Positions 1 to 10,235 of a DNA stretch of 64,000 nucleotides are shown in pieces. Position 1 is the stretch's first letter. Every line of letters starts with the position of its first letter. Source of the stretch: an uncultured virus (IMG/VR IMGVR_UViG_3300043313_000329) (Duplodnaviria; Heunggongvirae; Uroviricota; Caudoviricetes); IMG/VR virus record IMGVR_UViG_3300043313_000329. One strand, given 5' to 3'. Made by a program: the position numbers and the translations under genes. A model generated the notes under the pieces. It saw only the letters and a program-made list of their open reading frames with translations, was not told the DNA's origin and ran no database searches.

Positions 1-1
1 C

Positions 2-1234
2 GGTCTGCTCGGGGCCTTCTTGGGCGGTGGCGGCGGCGCGGCCAACCAGAATTTCCCGGCAGGCAATGGTGTGCTGGCTGAAATACTGGGCGTGGGTGTG
101 GATTCGCTGAAGACCGGTGGCACTGGCGGTAGCGGTGCGGCGGTGGCCATGGGCGACCTGTCACAGGCAGCGGCGGCCATCCGCAAGATTGAGAGCGGTA
201 GCTATGCGGGCAATTATAACGCGCTAGGCCCGTTGACCAAGGGTGACCGCGCCTATGGCGCGTACCAGATGATGGGCAACAATATCCCCGGTTGGTCAAA
301 ACAGGCGCTGGGCGTCAGCATGACACCGCAGGAATTATTGGGCGATAAAGCTGCACAGGACACTATTTTCAAGGATATCTTTGGCGGCTATACCAAGAAA
401 TATGGCCTGAGTGGAGCGGCCAATACGTGGTTTACGGGTTCGCCAAGAGGTGGTGGTAGTGATGTGCTGGGCACCACGGCAGGGGGCTACGTAGGCAAAT
501 TCAATGACGCCATGAAGAATGCGCCTGTGGATGACTTGACAAAAAGCGTCACCAAGGCGACTGAAGCCGTTGACAAGATACCTGAAAGCTCGCAGAAGAT
601 CATTGAAGGCTTTACCGACCTCAACGGCATTTCAAAGCAGACAGCTAGCAGCCTAGGCAATCTGGCAGGTGGCATGAGTGAACTGGGCAAGACGCTCAGC
701 AGCTTCATGAGTAGCGCGCAGGGCGGCGGCAGCGGCTGGTTCGGCGGGTTGATGAACATGTTTGGCGGCAGCGGCGGCGCGCTTGATTTCATGACCAACA
801 TCAGCCCCGGCGCAACCATGAGCATACTGGGCGCTGGCGGCGGCTTCACCGGGCTCTACCACGGCGGCAACGTGGGCGTCAGCAGCCGCGTCAGCCGCCA
901 CTTCAGCAGCATGGCCCCATGGGGCAGCGCGCCGCGCCTGCACGGTGGCAACATGTTTGCCGCTGACGAATACCCCGCCGTGCTGCGGCAGGGTGAGCCG
1001 GTGTTCCCGTCTATGGCGGCGGCGCAGGCCACGCTGGGCGGCAAGACCACGGTGAACGTGCACAACTACGTGGGCGCGCAGGTAAAGACAGAAGAAAAGC
1101 GCGACAAGAGCGGCATGACGTTGGAAGTCATCATAGACCGCATGCAGGCCAACAACATGGACCAGCGCGGCACCGCCACCAACAACGCGATGCGCAGCAA
1201 GTTCGGCTTGCAAGAGCGCATGAAGATGAGGTGA
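2..1234 (+). CDS. Tail tape measure protein, C-terminal part (5'-truncated), with lytic transglycosylase-like domain
   Basis: Frame is open from the window edge. Gly/Ala-rich; IRKIESGS..GNYNA..AYGAYQM lysozyme-like motif; YHGG/LHGG..DEYPAVLRQGEPV C-terminal motifs; directly upstream of tail tip genes. Confidence 0.8.
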   Translation, partial: GLLGAFLGGGGGAANQNFPAGNGVLAEILGVGVDSLKTGGTGGSGAAVAMGDLSQAAAAIRKIESGSYAGNYNALGPLTKGDRAYGAYQMMGNNIPGWSKQALGVSMTPQELLGDKAAQDTIFKDIFGGYTKKYGLSGAANTWFTGSPRGGGSDVLGTTAGGYVGKFNDAMKNAPVDDLTKSVTKATEAVDKIPESSQKIIEGFTDLNGISKQTASSLGNLAGGMSELGKTLSSFMSSAQGGGSGWFGGLMNMFGGSGGALDFMTNISPGATMSILGAGGGFTGLYHGGNVGVSSRVSRHFSSMAPWGSAPRLHGGNMFAADEYPAVLRQGEPVFPSMAAAQATLGGKTTVNVHNYVGAQVKTEEKRDKSGMTLEVIIDRMQANNMDQRGTATNNAMRSKFGLQERMKMR

Positions 1235-1238
1235 CGCC

Positions 1239-2165
1239 ATGGCGTTGATCTGGCCCCAGTCACTGCCGCAACAGTTCAGCAGCCAAGGCTATTCTGACAA
1301 CTTTGCGGATAACCGCCTCAGCACCAATACTGAACTTGGTCCGGCGCTGGTGCGCAGCCGCATCAGCAGCATGCCGCGCCGGGTGTCTGGCGTCATGGTG
1401 ATGAAGAAAACCCAGCTGGATACGCTGCGCACCTTCTGGCGCACCAGCACGCTTGACGGCAAGCTGCCGTTTGAGTTCCCTGACCCGGTGTTCGGCTACG
1501 GTTACCGCCGCAACTGGGTGCCCAACAGCAGCACGGCAGGCGCGGTTGAGGGCAACCCCGGCACCCTGCCCAGCGGCTGGGGGCCCATAGGCGTACAGAA
1601 CGGCATTGCCAAGCGGGTAGCTGAAGTAGGCGTTGAGGGCGGCCTTGCCTATGTGGATGTGAACTTTTCAGGGTCGGCCACCGGCAACACCTACATCTAC
1701 TTTCACAACCCATCCATTGTGGCAGCATCCGGGGAGATATGGACGCAGAGCCTCTATTGCCGCTATCTGGCGGGTGACCTGTCATGGATCAGCGGCATCT
1801 ACCTGCTGATGCAGAACAATCCGGTTACTATCAACAAGCTGACCGACTTCAAACCGCTGCTGACCACCGCTGCGCTGAACACCCAGCGTTACGAACACAC
1901 TTGGCAGCCCGTGGCCACCGGCATGAACGGCATATGGGCCTATATCTACCTTGGCGTCACGCCGGGCCACTTCATTGACGTAACGCTGCGCATCAGCAGT
2001 CCGCAGATGGAAAAGACCAAGGCCGCCACCGCCTACATGACCACGCCCAACACCGCCAATCCGCTGTCACGCTTTGCGCCTGACGGCAGGCCACCCGCAC
2101 CCAACTTTCTGGGCGGCAATGCGTGGTCGGTAGCCATGGAACTTGAGTTGTTTGAAACCTCATGA
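1239..2165 (+). CDS. Distal tail (Dit-like) protein with inserted carbohydrate-binding-like domain
   Basis: WPQSLPQ..GPALVRSR..FWRTSTLDGKLPFEFPDP N-terminus typical of minor tail proteins after TMP; internal RNWVPNS...QMEK..ATAY module. Confidence 0.65.
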   Translation: MALIWPQSLPQQFSSQGYSDNFADNRLSTNTELGPALVRSRISSMPRRVSGVMVMKKTQLDTLRTFWRTSTLDGKLPFEFPDPVFGYGYRRNWVPNSSTAGAVEGNPGTLPSGWGPIGVQNGIAKRVAEVGVEGGLAYVDVNFSGSATGNTYIYFHNPSIVAASGEIWTQSLYCRYLAGDLSWISGIYLLMQNNPVTINKLTDFKPLLTTAALNTQRYEHTWQPVATGMNGIWAYIYLGVTPGHFIDVTLRISSPQMEKTKAATAYMTTPNTANPLSRFAPDGRPPAPNFLGGNAWSVAMELELFETS

Positions 2166-2674
2166 GCAAGACCACCATCAGCCTCAACTTCAGGCAGCAA
2201 TTCCAAGCACAGCAGTCTGATGAAGTGCCCATCATGCTGGTTGAGCTACGCCACCCTGACACTACCGAAGTGCTGTACCTCAGTGGCGACAACACCACCC
2301 TCTTGGACACCACCCCTGAAATGGTCTGGGGCACGGTCAGCCGGGGCCGCACATATGCCTATCGCCCGCTGAGCCTGCGCCTGCCCACAGACATGTCTGA
2401 CCGGCCTCCCCGGATGCAGCTGATGGTGGAAAACGTCAGCGGGGCCATGGTCAGCTTTGTGTCAACCATGATCCAGCGCGGCACCTGCAACCTAGATATC
2501 GTTACTGCGTCTGCGCCCAGCACGGTGCAGATACCGTTCCCGCTGATGGACGTGCGCGGTTTCACGCGCAACAGCGACATCATCACCTTTGACATAGGGC
2601 TTGACGCCGCTGAGGATGAGCCCATCCCAGCCGGGCTGTTCACGCCTTCAGGTTTTCCGGGGGCGTTTGCGTGA
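2162..2674 (+). CDS. Tail tip protein (DUF1833-like)
   Basis: Lies between Dit and NlpC/P60; C-terminal EPIPAGLFTPSGFPGAF motif. Confidence 0.7.
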   Translation: MSKTTISLNFRQQFQAQQSDEVPIMLVELRHPDTTEVLYLSGDNTTLLDTTPEMVWGTVSRGRTYAYRPLSLRLPTDMSDRPPRMQLMVENVSGAMVSFVSTMIQRGTCNLDIVTASAPSTVQIPFPLMDVRGFTRNSDIITFDIGLDAAEDEPIPAGLFTPSGFPGAFA

Positions 2675-3084
2675 AAAGGCCGGTCACCGCGCGGGACTTT
2701 GAGCACTTTGTGGGCGTACCGTGGCTTGACGGTGGCCGCACGCTGGCAGGGGCGGACTGCTGGGGGCTTTTCAGGCTGGTCTATGCAGAAGTGCTGGGCA
2801 TACCCTTGCCAAGCTACAGCGGGGCCTACGGCAGCGCCCTAGACCGCATCATCATCAAGCGGCTGATAGAAGGCAGGCCAGACCACTGGGTGCGCGTGGC
2901 TGAGCCCGCCGTGGGTGACGGGGTGCTGCTTGAGTTCATCAACCGTCCGCACATTGGCGTGGCTGTGGGTGGCGGGCGCATGCTGCACATTGAACACGGA
3001 TACGGTGCCGTGATTGAAAGCTACGAAACCCTGAAATACCAGAACGCCTTGGAAGGATACTACCACTACCATGAAGCCGCTTGA
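2671..3084 (+). CDS. NlpC/P60 tail-tip assembly peptidase
   Basis: VGVPWLDGGR..GADCWGL and HIGV..MLH catalytic motifs. Confidence 0.85.
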   Translation: MKRPVTARDFEHFVGVPWLDGGRTLAGADCWGLFRLVYAEVLGIPLPSYSGAYGSALDRIIIKRLIEGRPDHWVRVAEPAVGDGVLLEFINRPHIGVAVGGGRMLHIEHGYGAVIESYETLKYQNALEGYYHYHEAA

Positions 3085-6000
3085 GCCCCTTGACGGTGAG
3101 GTGTACGCACCTAGCGAGGTGGCGCGGTTCTTTCTATTTGAGCATGCACTGCGCAGCACGCGCCATATCTGTGACGTGCCTGCGGGTCTCAGCATTACCG
3201 AAGCACTTGATCTAAGCCTAGAGGATAGCGGCTGGCGCAACAAGTACCGGCACAACTTCACCATATTCCTGCAAGACGGCACCGCCGTGCCTGAGCATAT
3301 GTGGGACCGCGTGCGCCTCAAGGCAGGCACCACGGCGGTGGCCCGCCCGGTGGCTGAGGGGCCATTGTTTGCGCTGATACCGCTGCTGGGCACCTTCAGC
3401 ACGTTCATCACTAGTCTGGGCTTCTTTGGCCAGCTGCTGATGGCCGGTATCACCATGGGTCTGAAGTTTCTGCTGAGCAAGCTGTTCGCGCCCAAGCAGC
3501 CCAAGCCTGATGTCAGTGACCGCAAGGCGGTCTACTCAATCGTAGGCAGCCGTAACGAGATCAGCCAGTGGCAGCCCATACCGCTGGTGCTGGGCAGGCA
3601 TCGCATGACGCCACCGCTGGCCGCCAGCCCCTATACTGAAACCGTGGGTGACGAGCAGTACCTGCGCCAGCTGTTCTGCAACGGCTATGGCCCGCTTGAT
3701 ATTGAGGAAAACACTGCCAAGATCGGTGAAACGCTGGTCAGCACTTTTACCGAGGCTGAGATACAGCATCGTGAAGGTTATGTCACCGATACTGACACCA
3801 CGCTGTATCCCAAGAGCGTCATTGACCGGCCATTCGCCAAAGACCTCAAGTTGCCTGACCCGCCTTTGGTTGAAGCCACCGCTACCGACACCGTGTCAGT
3901 AGCGCTGGACTTCATGTGGCCGCAGGGTCTTTGCAATATTGACGAAGAAGGCAAGCGCCTTGAGCGCGGCGTCAACATCATCATGAACTGGCGCAAAGCA
4001 GCCGGTGAAGGCAACGTGCCGCCTGCGGGCGCGTGGTCAGGCAACCTCAGTCTGAACTTCAAGGCCAGAACGCAGAAGACTATCCGTAAAACCCATGTCA
4101 TCAACCTGCCTGCGGCAGGGTCATATGAGGTGCGTGTCCACAAGGCTAGCGAAGAGCCTGACGTTGACAAGTGGGCTGAGTTCAACTGGACTGGCCTTGA
4201 TGAAGTGCAGTGGACTGCCATCCGCAGCTTCCGCACGGGTGAACCGGTGACGTTCAGTGACGCGCCGCTGAGTTTCACGGCCATCAGGGTGCGCGCCTCT
4301 GGCCGCCTCAATCAGGTGGTGGACACCTACAACGTGGTGGTGCAGTCAAGGGTCACTGCCTTCAACGGCACCACATGGGTGGCCAACACGCCCTCACGGC
4401 GGCCTCCAGACCTGTTCAGGCACGTGCTGACGTGCAAGGCCAACAGGCGGCCCTATGCCATCACCCAGATTGATCTGCCCGCGCTTCAGAAGTGGTGGAC
4501 CTACTGCGTGGCGCAGGACTGGCGCTATGACAAGATTTTGCTCAGCCAGATGAGCGTCTATGACCTGATCACTGAAATCTGCGCGGCGGGCCGCGCCATG
4601 CCGGTGTTCAAGGATGGCAAGTGGTCTGTGGTCTGGGATGAACAGGACGTACCTATCAGCCAGTTGTTCACGCCGCGCAATTCATGGAACTTTGAGGAGC
4701 AGCGTGACCTTGAGCCCATACCGCACGCGTACCGGATACGATTTCCTGATGAACTGACTGGCTGGCGTGAGAATGAGCGTGTCGTCTACAATGACGGCTA
4801 CGACAAGACCAACGCCACGCTGCTTGAGGGCTTTGAGATACCCGGCGTGACCCACACTAACCGGGTGTGGAAGCACGGGCGCTTCCATCTGGCGCAGCGC
4901 ATACTGCGCCCCGGCATCTACACCCTGATGACCAGCTGGGATGCGCTGCCGCTGATAAGGGGTGATCGTGTCAGGGTCAACTTTGACAGCTTCCAGTACG
5001 GGCTGTACGCGGGCCGCGTGACCGGCGTTGACGCGGCTACGCAGACATTCAGCGCTGACGTGGGCATGCTGTTGGCGGGTGCGACCAACTACATGGTCAG
5101 GTTCAGGCTGGTCAACGGCACGTTTCTTGAGCGCACCATAGACCCCGGCTATGTGGGGGAGTTCACCACCATAGGGCTGGTGGGCACCGCCATGCCCATG
5201 CCTGCCGTGGGTGACCTGTTCAGCCTTGGCACCGCTACCAAGGATAGCCGCATATTCCGCGTCACCGGCATTGAGCCTGAAGATAATCTGGTGCACCGCC
5301 TGACCATGGTGGCTGATGCGCCTGAGATTGCTGACGCTGACGTTGGCCAGATCCCTGACTATGCTGAAGGCATCACCGCCCCCATAGACCCGTTCTTGAT
5401 GCCGCCCACCAACCTGCGGGTGACTGACGGCGCATATGCTGACGGCGGCGGCCAGTATTGGGCCAACCTGTTGCTGACGTGGCAGCCCCCGGCCTACGGG
5501 CGGGTGGCGCAGTTCCAGATACAGTACCGCGAAGAAAGTGATGAGGATGACGTGTGGACCTCAGGCGGTTCACTGGGCCCCAACGTCACCACCTCAGAAA
5601 TCAGGCGGCTTGAGAGCGGCGTCTATCGCGTGCGGGTGCGCTGCGTGTTTGACAACGGCAAGTTCAGCAACTGGGTCTATGCACCCGCCCATGCCACCAC
5701 TGAACTGGTCACACCGCCCCCCAACGTGACCGGGTTCCGCATCAGCGTTATGGGTGACATTTCCATCTTTAGGTGGGACGAGGTAGAAGGCACAGGCGTC
5801 ACCTACGAGCTGCGCTGGGCCTCTGAACTGGTGGCCATCCCCAGCTGGAATGCGTCAATAGCGCTGGTCAACAGCGCTGTGAACAGCGTGCAGACAGGCA
5901 CGCGCACTGGTACGTTCTTCATCAAGGCCAAGAAGCCATGGGGCCTGACCAGCAAAAACGCCGCATCAATCAGCAGCCTGACGGCCAGCTTCAACGCGCT

Positions 6001-6763
6001 CAACTTTGTGGCCCAGATCACCGAGAACCCCGGTTGGACCGGCGTCAAGGATGGTGTCTTGAAGCAAGATACCGATGAACTGCGCCTGATACCCAACGCC
6101 ACTAATACCGACTACAACGTGGTCGGCACATACTACTTTGCCAACCGCATTGATTTCGGTGAGAAGATTTCATCGCGCATGACCATTATCATGGACGCCT
6201 ACGGCTTCAACCCGCTGCAAGCCATGAGCAACTGGCTGGCATTGTCACGGGTCAACCCGTTGGACACCACTGATCAATCACAATGGACGGTCAACCCAGA
6301 GTTCCGCGTCAGCATGATAGGCTCGCCTTTTGCGTGGGGGCCGTGGCTGCCCTTCAGCCTAAGCGATATACTGGCGTGGGCCATTGAGTTCCGGCTTGTA
6401 CTGCGAGGCAAAGCAGATATAGATGCGGAAACTGATGACATACGGTCAGCCACCACGCCATCAGTCAAGGTGCTGACGGTCAGGGTTGATATGCAGGACC
6501 GTATTGAGAAAGGTAATGACGTGGTGTGCCCGGCCACCGCCGCAGGTGTGACGGTGACATATCCGGGCGGCAGATACCGTGTGAAACCCGCCGTGGTGAT
6601 CACGGCGCAGGGCCTGTCACCCGGTGATTATTGGACTGTGGACACCATCACCACCACGTCGTTCAGGGTGCGTTTCGGCAATCAAGATCCGGTCACTAAT
6701 GCCATAACGATTGTCTCACGTACATTTGACTGGATGGCCAAAGGCTGGGGACGCACGCAATGA
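3071..6763 (+). CDS. Central tail fibre / tip attachment protein (gpI+gpJ-like)
   Basis: 1230 aa; IPLVLGRHRMTPP, QLFTPRNSWNF and FN3-like repeats; position after NlpC/P60. Confidence 0.85.
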   Translation: MKPLEPLDGEVYAPSEVARFFLFEHALRSTRHICDVPAGLSITEALDLSLEDSGWRNKYRHNFTIFLQDGTAVPEHMWDRVRLKAGTTAVARPVAEGPLFALIPLLGTFSTFITSLGFFGQLLMAGITMGLKFLLSKLFAPKQPKPDVSDRKAVYSIVGSRNEISQWQPIPLVLGRHRMTPPLAASPYTETVGDEQYLRQLFCNGYGPLDIEENTAKIGETLVSTFTEAEIQHREGYVTDTDTTLYPKSVIDRPFAKDLKLPDPPLVEATATDTVSVALDFMWPQGLCNIDEEGKRLERGVNIIMNWRKAAGEGNVPPAGAWSGNLSLNFKARTQKTIRKTHVINLPAAGSYEVRVHKASEEPDVDKWAEFNWTGLDEVQWTAIRSFRTGEPVTFSDAPLSFTAIRVRASGRLNQVVDTYNVVVQSRVTAFNGTTWVANTPSRRPPDLFRHVLTCKANRRPYAITQIDLPALQKWWTYCVAQDWRYDKILLSQMSVYDLITEICAAGRAMPVFKDGKWSVVWDEQDVPISQLFTPRNSWNFEEQRDLEPIPHAYRIRFPDELTGWRENERVVYNDGYDKTNATLLEGFEIPGVTHTNRVWKHGRFHLAQRILRPGIYTLMTSWDALPLIRGDRVRVNFDSFQYGLYAGRVTGVDAATQTFSADVGMLLAGATNYMVRFRLVNGTFLERTIDPGYVGEFTTIGLVGTAMPMPAVGDLFSLGTATKDSRIFRVTGIEPEDNLVHRLTMVADAPEIADADVGQIPDYAEGITAPIDPFLMPPTNLRVTDGAYADGGGQYWANLLLTWQPPAYGRVAQFQIQYREESDEDDVWTSGGSLGPNVTTSEIRRLESGVYRVRVRCVFDNGKFSNWVYAPAHATTELVTPPPNVTGFRISVMGDISIFRWDEVEGTGVTYELRWASELVAIPSWNASIALVNSAVNSVQTGTRTGTFFIKAKKPWGLTSKNAASISSLTASFNALNFVAQITENPGWTGVKDGVLKQDTDELRLIPNATNTDYNVVGTYYFANRIDFGEKISSRMTIIMDAYGFNPLQAMSNWLALSRVNPLDTTDQSQWTVNPEFRVSMIGSPFAWGPWLPFSLSDILAWAIEFRLVLRGKADIDAETDDIRSATTPSVKVLTVRVDMQDRIEKGNDVVCPATAAGVTVTYPGGRYRVKPAVVITAQGLSPGDYWTVDTITTTSFRVRFGNQDPVTNAITIVSRTFDWMAKGWGRTQ

Positions 6764-7923
6764 CGCAATCTAATTTCGGCACAATCGTTGCCACCACCAA
6801 GTCAGGCGCTGGTCTGGCATCTGACCTGAACGCGTGGCGTGATGCCGTGCATTCAAACCACAAGGGGCCTGCGGTGCCCACCTACAAGGTGGCGGGCTTG
6901 CAGTGGATCAACGATGTCAACGTGCCATGGGAAGATTATGTCTGGGATGGTGTTGTCAGCACGCTGAGGGGCTTCATTGACCCGGTGGCGCACCGCTACA
7001 GCTCGGCGGGCAACTTTGCCAAGTCAGTCACCGCAGGCGCAGTGGCGCACCTGTCTGACTGGGGCACGCTGTTCAATCTGGCGGGCGCGGCGGCGCAGAC
7101 GGTGGCCATAGACCCCATCAGCAGCTTGCTGCCGGGCTGGTGGGTACGCGTGGTGGCCCGCAACGTGGCCGCCACCATCAACCCGTTTGGCGCTGAACTT
7201 ATTGACGGCGCAACCGTCAAGACAATGAGCGCCGGTAGCAGCTGTACCATTTTCTACGATGGAGCACAGTTATATACGGACCAGAACAGCGGTGGCCTCT
7301 CAGACTTCCCGGTAGGGGGCGTGGTCTACGTGCCTGCCGTCAACCCACCTGCCGGGTTCATACGGTTGAACGGCGGCCTGCTTGACCGCACCTTCTACAG
7401 CGGCCTGTGGGGCTTTGCTCAGGTCAGCGGCAACATGGTCACTGAGAGCGCATGGACTGAGGGCAAATTCTCAAGCGGCGATGGCCTCAACACGTTCCGC
7501 GTGCCTGACGGGCGCGGGCGCTTCATCCGCGCGTGGGACAACAGCCACAACATTGACGTGGGCCGCACCATTGGCAGCTTGCAGGATGATGACTTCCAGA
7601 GCCACGGCCACACGGCATCAAGCGCCATCGGCGGCAGCGCTCACAGCCACACTTTCAGCGATACCTCAAACAGCGCGGGCAGCCACGCGCACACCGTGCC
7701 CGGCAGGGTGCCTAACCTGATAGACACCTATGCCTTTGGGCTGGGTCAGGGCGCGGGCTACGCCACCAACCCGCCCACCAGCGCGGCAGGCGCGCACACC
7801 CACGCCATTGGCGGCACCACCAGCAGCCATACCGGCCACACCCACCCCATCACGGTCACGGCTGCGGGCGGCACTGAGACGCGCCCCAAGAACGTGGCCC
7901 TGTTGGCCTGCATCAAGTATTAA
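6760..7923 (+). CDS. Tail fibre protein with tail-collar domain
   Basis: PVGGVVY..PPAGFIRLNG, GDGLNTFRVPDGRGRFIR, HxH repeats, ETRPKNVALLACIKY terminus. Confidence 0.85.
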   Translation: MTQSNFGTIVATTKSGAGLASDLNAWRDAVHSNHKGPAVPTYKVAGLQWINDVNVPWEDYVWDGVVSTLRGFIDPVAHRYSSAGNFAKSVTAGAVAHLSDWGTLFNLAGAAAQTVAIDPISSLLPGWWVRVVARNVAATINPFGAELIDGATVKTMSAGSSCTIFYDGAQLYTDQNSGGLSDFPVGGVVYVPAVNPPAGFIRLNGGLLDRTFYSGLWGFAQVSGNMVTESAWTEGKFSSGDGLNTFRVPDGRGRFIRAWDNSHNIDVGRTIGSLQDDDFQSHGHTASSAIGGSAHSHTFSDTSNSAGSHAHTVPGRVPNLIDTYAFGLGQGAGYATNPPTSAAGAHTHAIGGTTSSHTGHTHPITVTAAGGTETRPKNVALLACIKY

Positions 7924-7932
7924 GGAGCCACC

Positions 7933-8217
7933 ATGGTCGCGCCACTCAGGGTCTACAGCTACAACCGGGTAACCGGGGGGTTGATTGGTGAAGACCGGGC
8001 TGACGTGGACCCGCTTCAGCCAGACAAGTGGATACTGCCCGCCCACAGCACGCCCAAGGCCCCGCCTGAAGACATACCGCCCGGCCAGCGGGCCATCTTT
8101 GACCCTGAGGCCGACCAGTGGAACCTTGAGCCCATACCTGCGGCGGCGGCACCAGAGCCGGTGTTTGAACTGACCGGCGCTGAAACCATAGAGGATATAT
8201 TCCATGACCAGCAGTGA
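7933..8217 (+). CDS. Tail fibre assembly chaperone (Tfa-like)
   Basis: VYSYNRVTG..IG..ADVDPL..LPAHST..PP motif; follows the fibre gene; AAGGAG RBS. Confidence 0.7.
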   Translation: MVAPLRVYSYNRVTGGLIGEDRADVDPLQPDKWILPAHSTPKAPPEDIPPGQRAIFDPEADQWNLEPIPAAAAPEPVFELTGAETIEDIFHDQQ

Positions 8218-8653
8218 CCTGATTATCAAGCTCAGCAACCGCGTGTTCTGCCAGCGGGTGGCCTTCATGGCCATGAAGGTGGCACAACAGAAGGCCAGTG
8301 ACTCCCCGGAAGACCTGAACGCCATGGCCTATGCTGAACACATCTTCAGGGGCGGTGAGAACGCCAGCCTGCTGGCGCTGCACGTGGCGGCGGCCAGCCA
8401 GCCGGTCACCACCGCGCTTGAGGAGAGCGTGGATGCTGTGCGTGATGAGGATATTGAAGCCGCCCTGTTGTCCATCTGGGGCAAGCGCGCGGCGGCGTTT
8501 GGCGCAACCAGCATGCAGGTGCGCAAAGTGCAGGAGCTTGTGGCTGAGGTGACCAGATCAGCTGAAACTGCGCAGGCCGCCGTGACTGAGGCACGCAACC
8601 TGATGCCCAAGATTGGCGGAGCATCCAAGGATGGTGGAAAACCCAAGACCTGA
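8204..8653 (+). CDS. Hypothetical protein
   Basis: Overlaps neighbours in the operon; GAGG RBS. Confidence 0.55.
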   Translation: MTSSDLIIKLSNRVFCQRVAFMAMKVAQQKASDSPEDLNAMAYAEHIFRGGENASLLALHVAAASQPVTTALEESVDAVRDEDIEAALLSIWGKRAAAFGATSMQVRKVQELVAEVTRSAETAQAAVTEARNLMPKIGGASKDGGKPKT

Positions 8654-8924
8654 AAGTGGTACCAGTTGGCTCAGGGAAAATTCAACGCTGATCTATTTTT
8701 TGCTGGCGCAGCTGATTGCGTTCAGCACGGCGGGTGCCAGCATTCTGGCCTACATGGTCAAGCTGGAAACGCGCGTGTCAATCATGGAAACTAGAGGCGC
8801 TGAGTACACCGTGGCCCGGATGGATGAAATGAAGCAGCGCATCACCGTAATAGAGGAAAAGATTGATAAAAACTCCGCCCAGATTGACCGGCTCATTGAC
8901 CAGTATCTGAAAAAACCGCAATGA
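8631..8924 (+). CDS. Membrane protein with coiled coil (possible lysis accessory)
   Basis: One hydrophobic segment then a heptad-rich tail; upstream of endolysin. Confidence 0.5.
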   Translation: MVENPRPESGTSWLRENSTLIYFLLAQLIAFSTAGASILAYMVKLETRVSIMETRGAEYTVARMDEMKQRITVIEEKIDKNSAQIDRLIDQYLKKPQ

Positions 8925-9130
8925 TGAGGTTCTGGCGCGATCACTCATTGACTATAGTGCTGGCGGCGGTGGGCACAGCGCTGAGTGTGATTGCGTTCGT
9001 GTTTGATGAAGGCAAGTGGTGCGACCTGTTCATGGGCTTGGGCCAAAGCTGTCTGGGCGTGGCGCTGTTCTACTACCTGTCAGTGTATTTCGTGGAAAAG
9101 GCTAAGCCGGAAGATCCGCCCCAATGCTGA
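8921..9130 (+). CDS. Putative holin (2 TM)
   Basis: 69 aa, two hydrophobic helices, charged C-terminus, overlaps endolysin start. Confidence 0.5.
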   Translation: MMRFWRDHSLTIVLAAVGTALSVIAFVFDEGKWCDLFMGLGQSCLGVALFYYLSVYFVEKAKPEDPPQC

Positions 9131-9888
9131 TGTTCAGCCGCAAGGTCTACTTTGACACCGTTAGGGAAGACTTGTTCTCCGGCAAGATGAGCCAAGATCA
9201 GGTCAACGGTCAGGAGTTCATCATAGACACGTGGGAGGACACCCGCCACACCCAAGACTTCCGGTACCTTGCCTATGAACTGGCCACCACCATGCATGAG
9301 ACGGCCAGCACTATGATGCCTATAGAGGAATACGGCAAGGGCAAGGGCATGCCCTATGGCGTACCAGATAGAATAACCGGGGAGACCTACTACGGCAGGG
9401 GCTTCGTGCAGCTGACGTGGAAAGATAATTACGAGAAAATGACGCCGCTGGTTGATCCGTTGTTCCCCAGCACAGCAGTTGACCTTGCCAAGAGCGCCAA
9501 GCAGGCGCTGGTGCCTGAGATTGCCGCCGCCATCATGTTTGAGGGCATGGAGCGCGGCATGTTCCGCAAAGACAAGCAGGGGCCGCAGACGCTGGCCCGC
9601 TACTTCAGCGCCACTGCCGATGACCCCTATGAGGCGCGCGAAATCATCAATGGCGACAAGAAGAAAGTGCCCAATTGGTCACACGGTGTCAGCATAGGCA
9701 ACCTGATAGCCGGGTACCACCAGACGTTTCTCAGAGCCCTGACGCTGGCAGCTGCGGCGCACGTGCCGCCACCGGCTGTTGTGCCGGGGCCACCAGCCAC
9801 CGCCGTCACGCAGGTGGCCTTCACGGTGCCTGAGGGGCAGAGCATGGATATCACCGTCAATGGCACACTCGTGGCGCAGGTGAGGTAG
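9124..9888 (+). CDS. Endolysin, GH19/chitinase-like lysozyme
   Basis: AYELATTMHET..PIEEYG, YYGRGFVQLTWKDNY and AREIING motifs. Confidence 0.85.
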   Translation: MLMFSRKVYFDTVREDLFSGKMSQDQVNGQEFIIDTWEDTRHTQDFRYLAYELATTMHETASTMMPIEEYGKGKGMPYGVPDRITGETYYGRGFVQLTWKDNYEKMTPLVDPLFPSTAVDLAKSAKQALVPEIAAAIMFEGMERGMFRKDKQGPQTLARYFSATADDPYEAREIINGDKKKVPNWSHGVSIGNLIAGYHQTFLRALTLAAAAHVPPPAVVPGPPATAVTQVAFTVPEGQSMDITVNGTLVAQVR

Positions 9889-9890
9889 TC

Positions 9891-10235
9891 ATGGCAATAC
9901 CCGGCATATTCCCCATGACCATCTACAAGGGTGACAGCACACGCTGGCAGTTCAAGCTGTGGATGGATGCTGAGAAGACTGACCCGGCTGACCTGACCGG
10001 GGTGACGGTCAAGGCTGAGATACGCGACAAGCCCAAGGGCAGCAAGGTGACACCCATTGAGTGCACCATCGTACAGCCCAATATCGTCAACGGTTACCTG
10101 TCAGCAATGGCCAGCAAGGCCATGACCATCACCAAGGGCCAGTGGGATCTTCAGCTGACCCACAGCGGCGGTGACGTGACTACGGTGCTGTCAGGTGAGG
10201 TAGAGGTGCTGCTAGACATCACGGACTCGGTGTAA
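9891..10235 (+). CDS. Beta-sandwich fibre adaptor (BppU-N/LtfC-like), copy 1
   Basis: IYKGDS..DLTG..KAEIR..WDLQLT..TVLSG; paralogue of 62275-62697. Confidence 0.6.
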   Translation: MAIPGIFPMTIYKGDSTRWQFKLWMDAEKTDPADLTGVTVKAEIRDKPKGSKVTPIECTIVQPNIVNGYLSAMASKAMTITKGQWDLQLTHSGGDVTTVLSGEVEVLLDITDSV

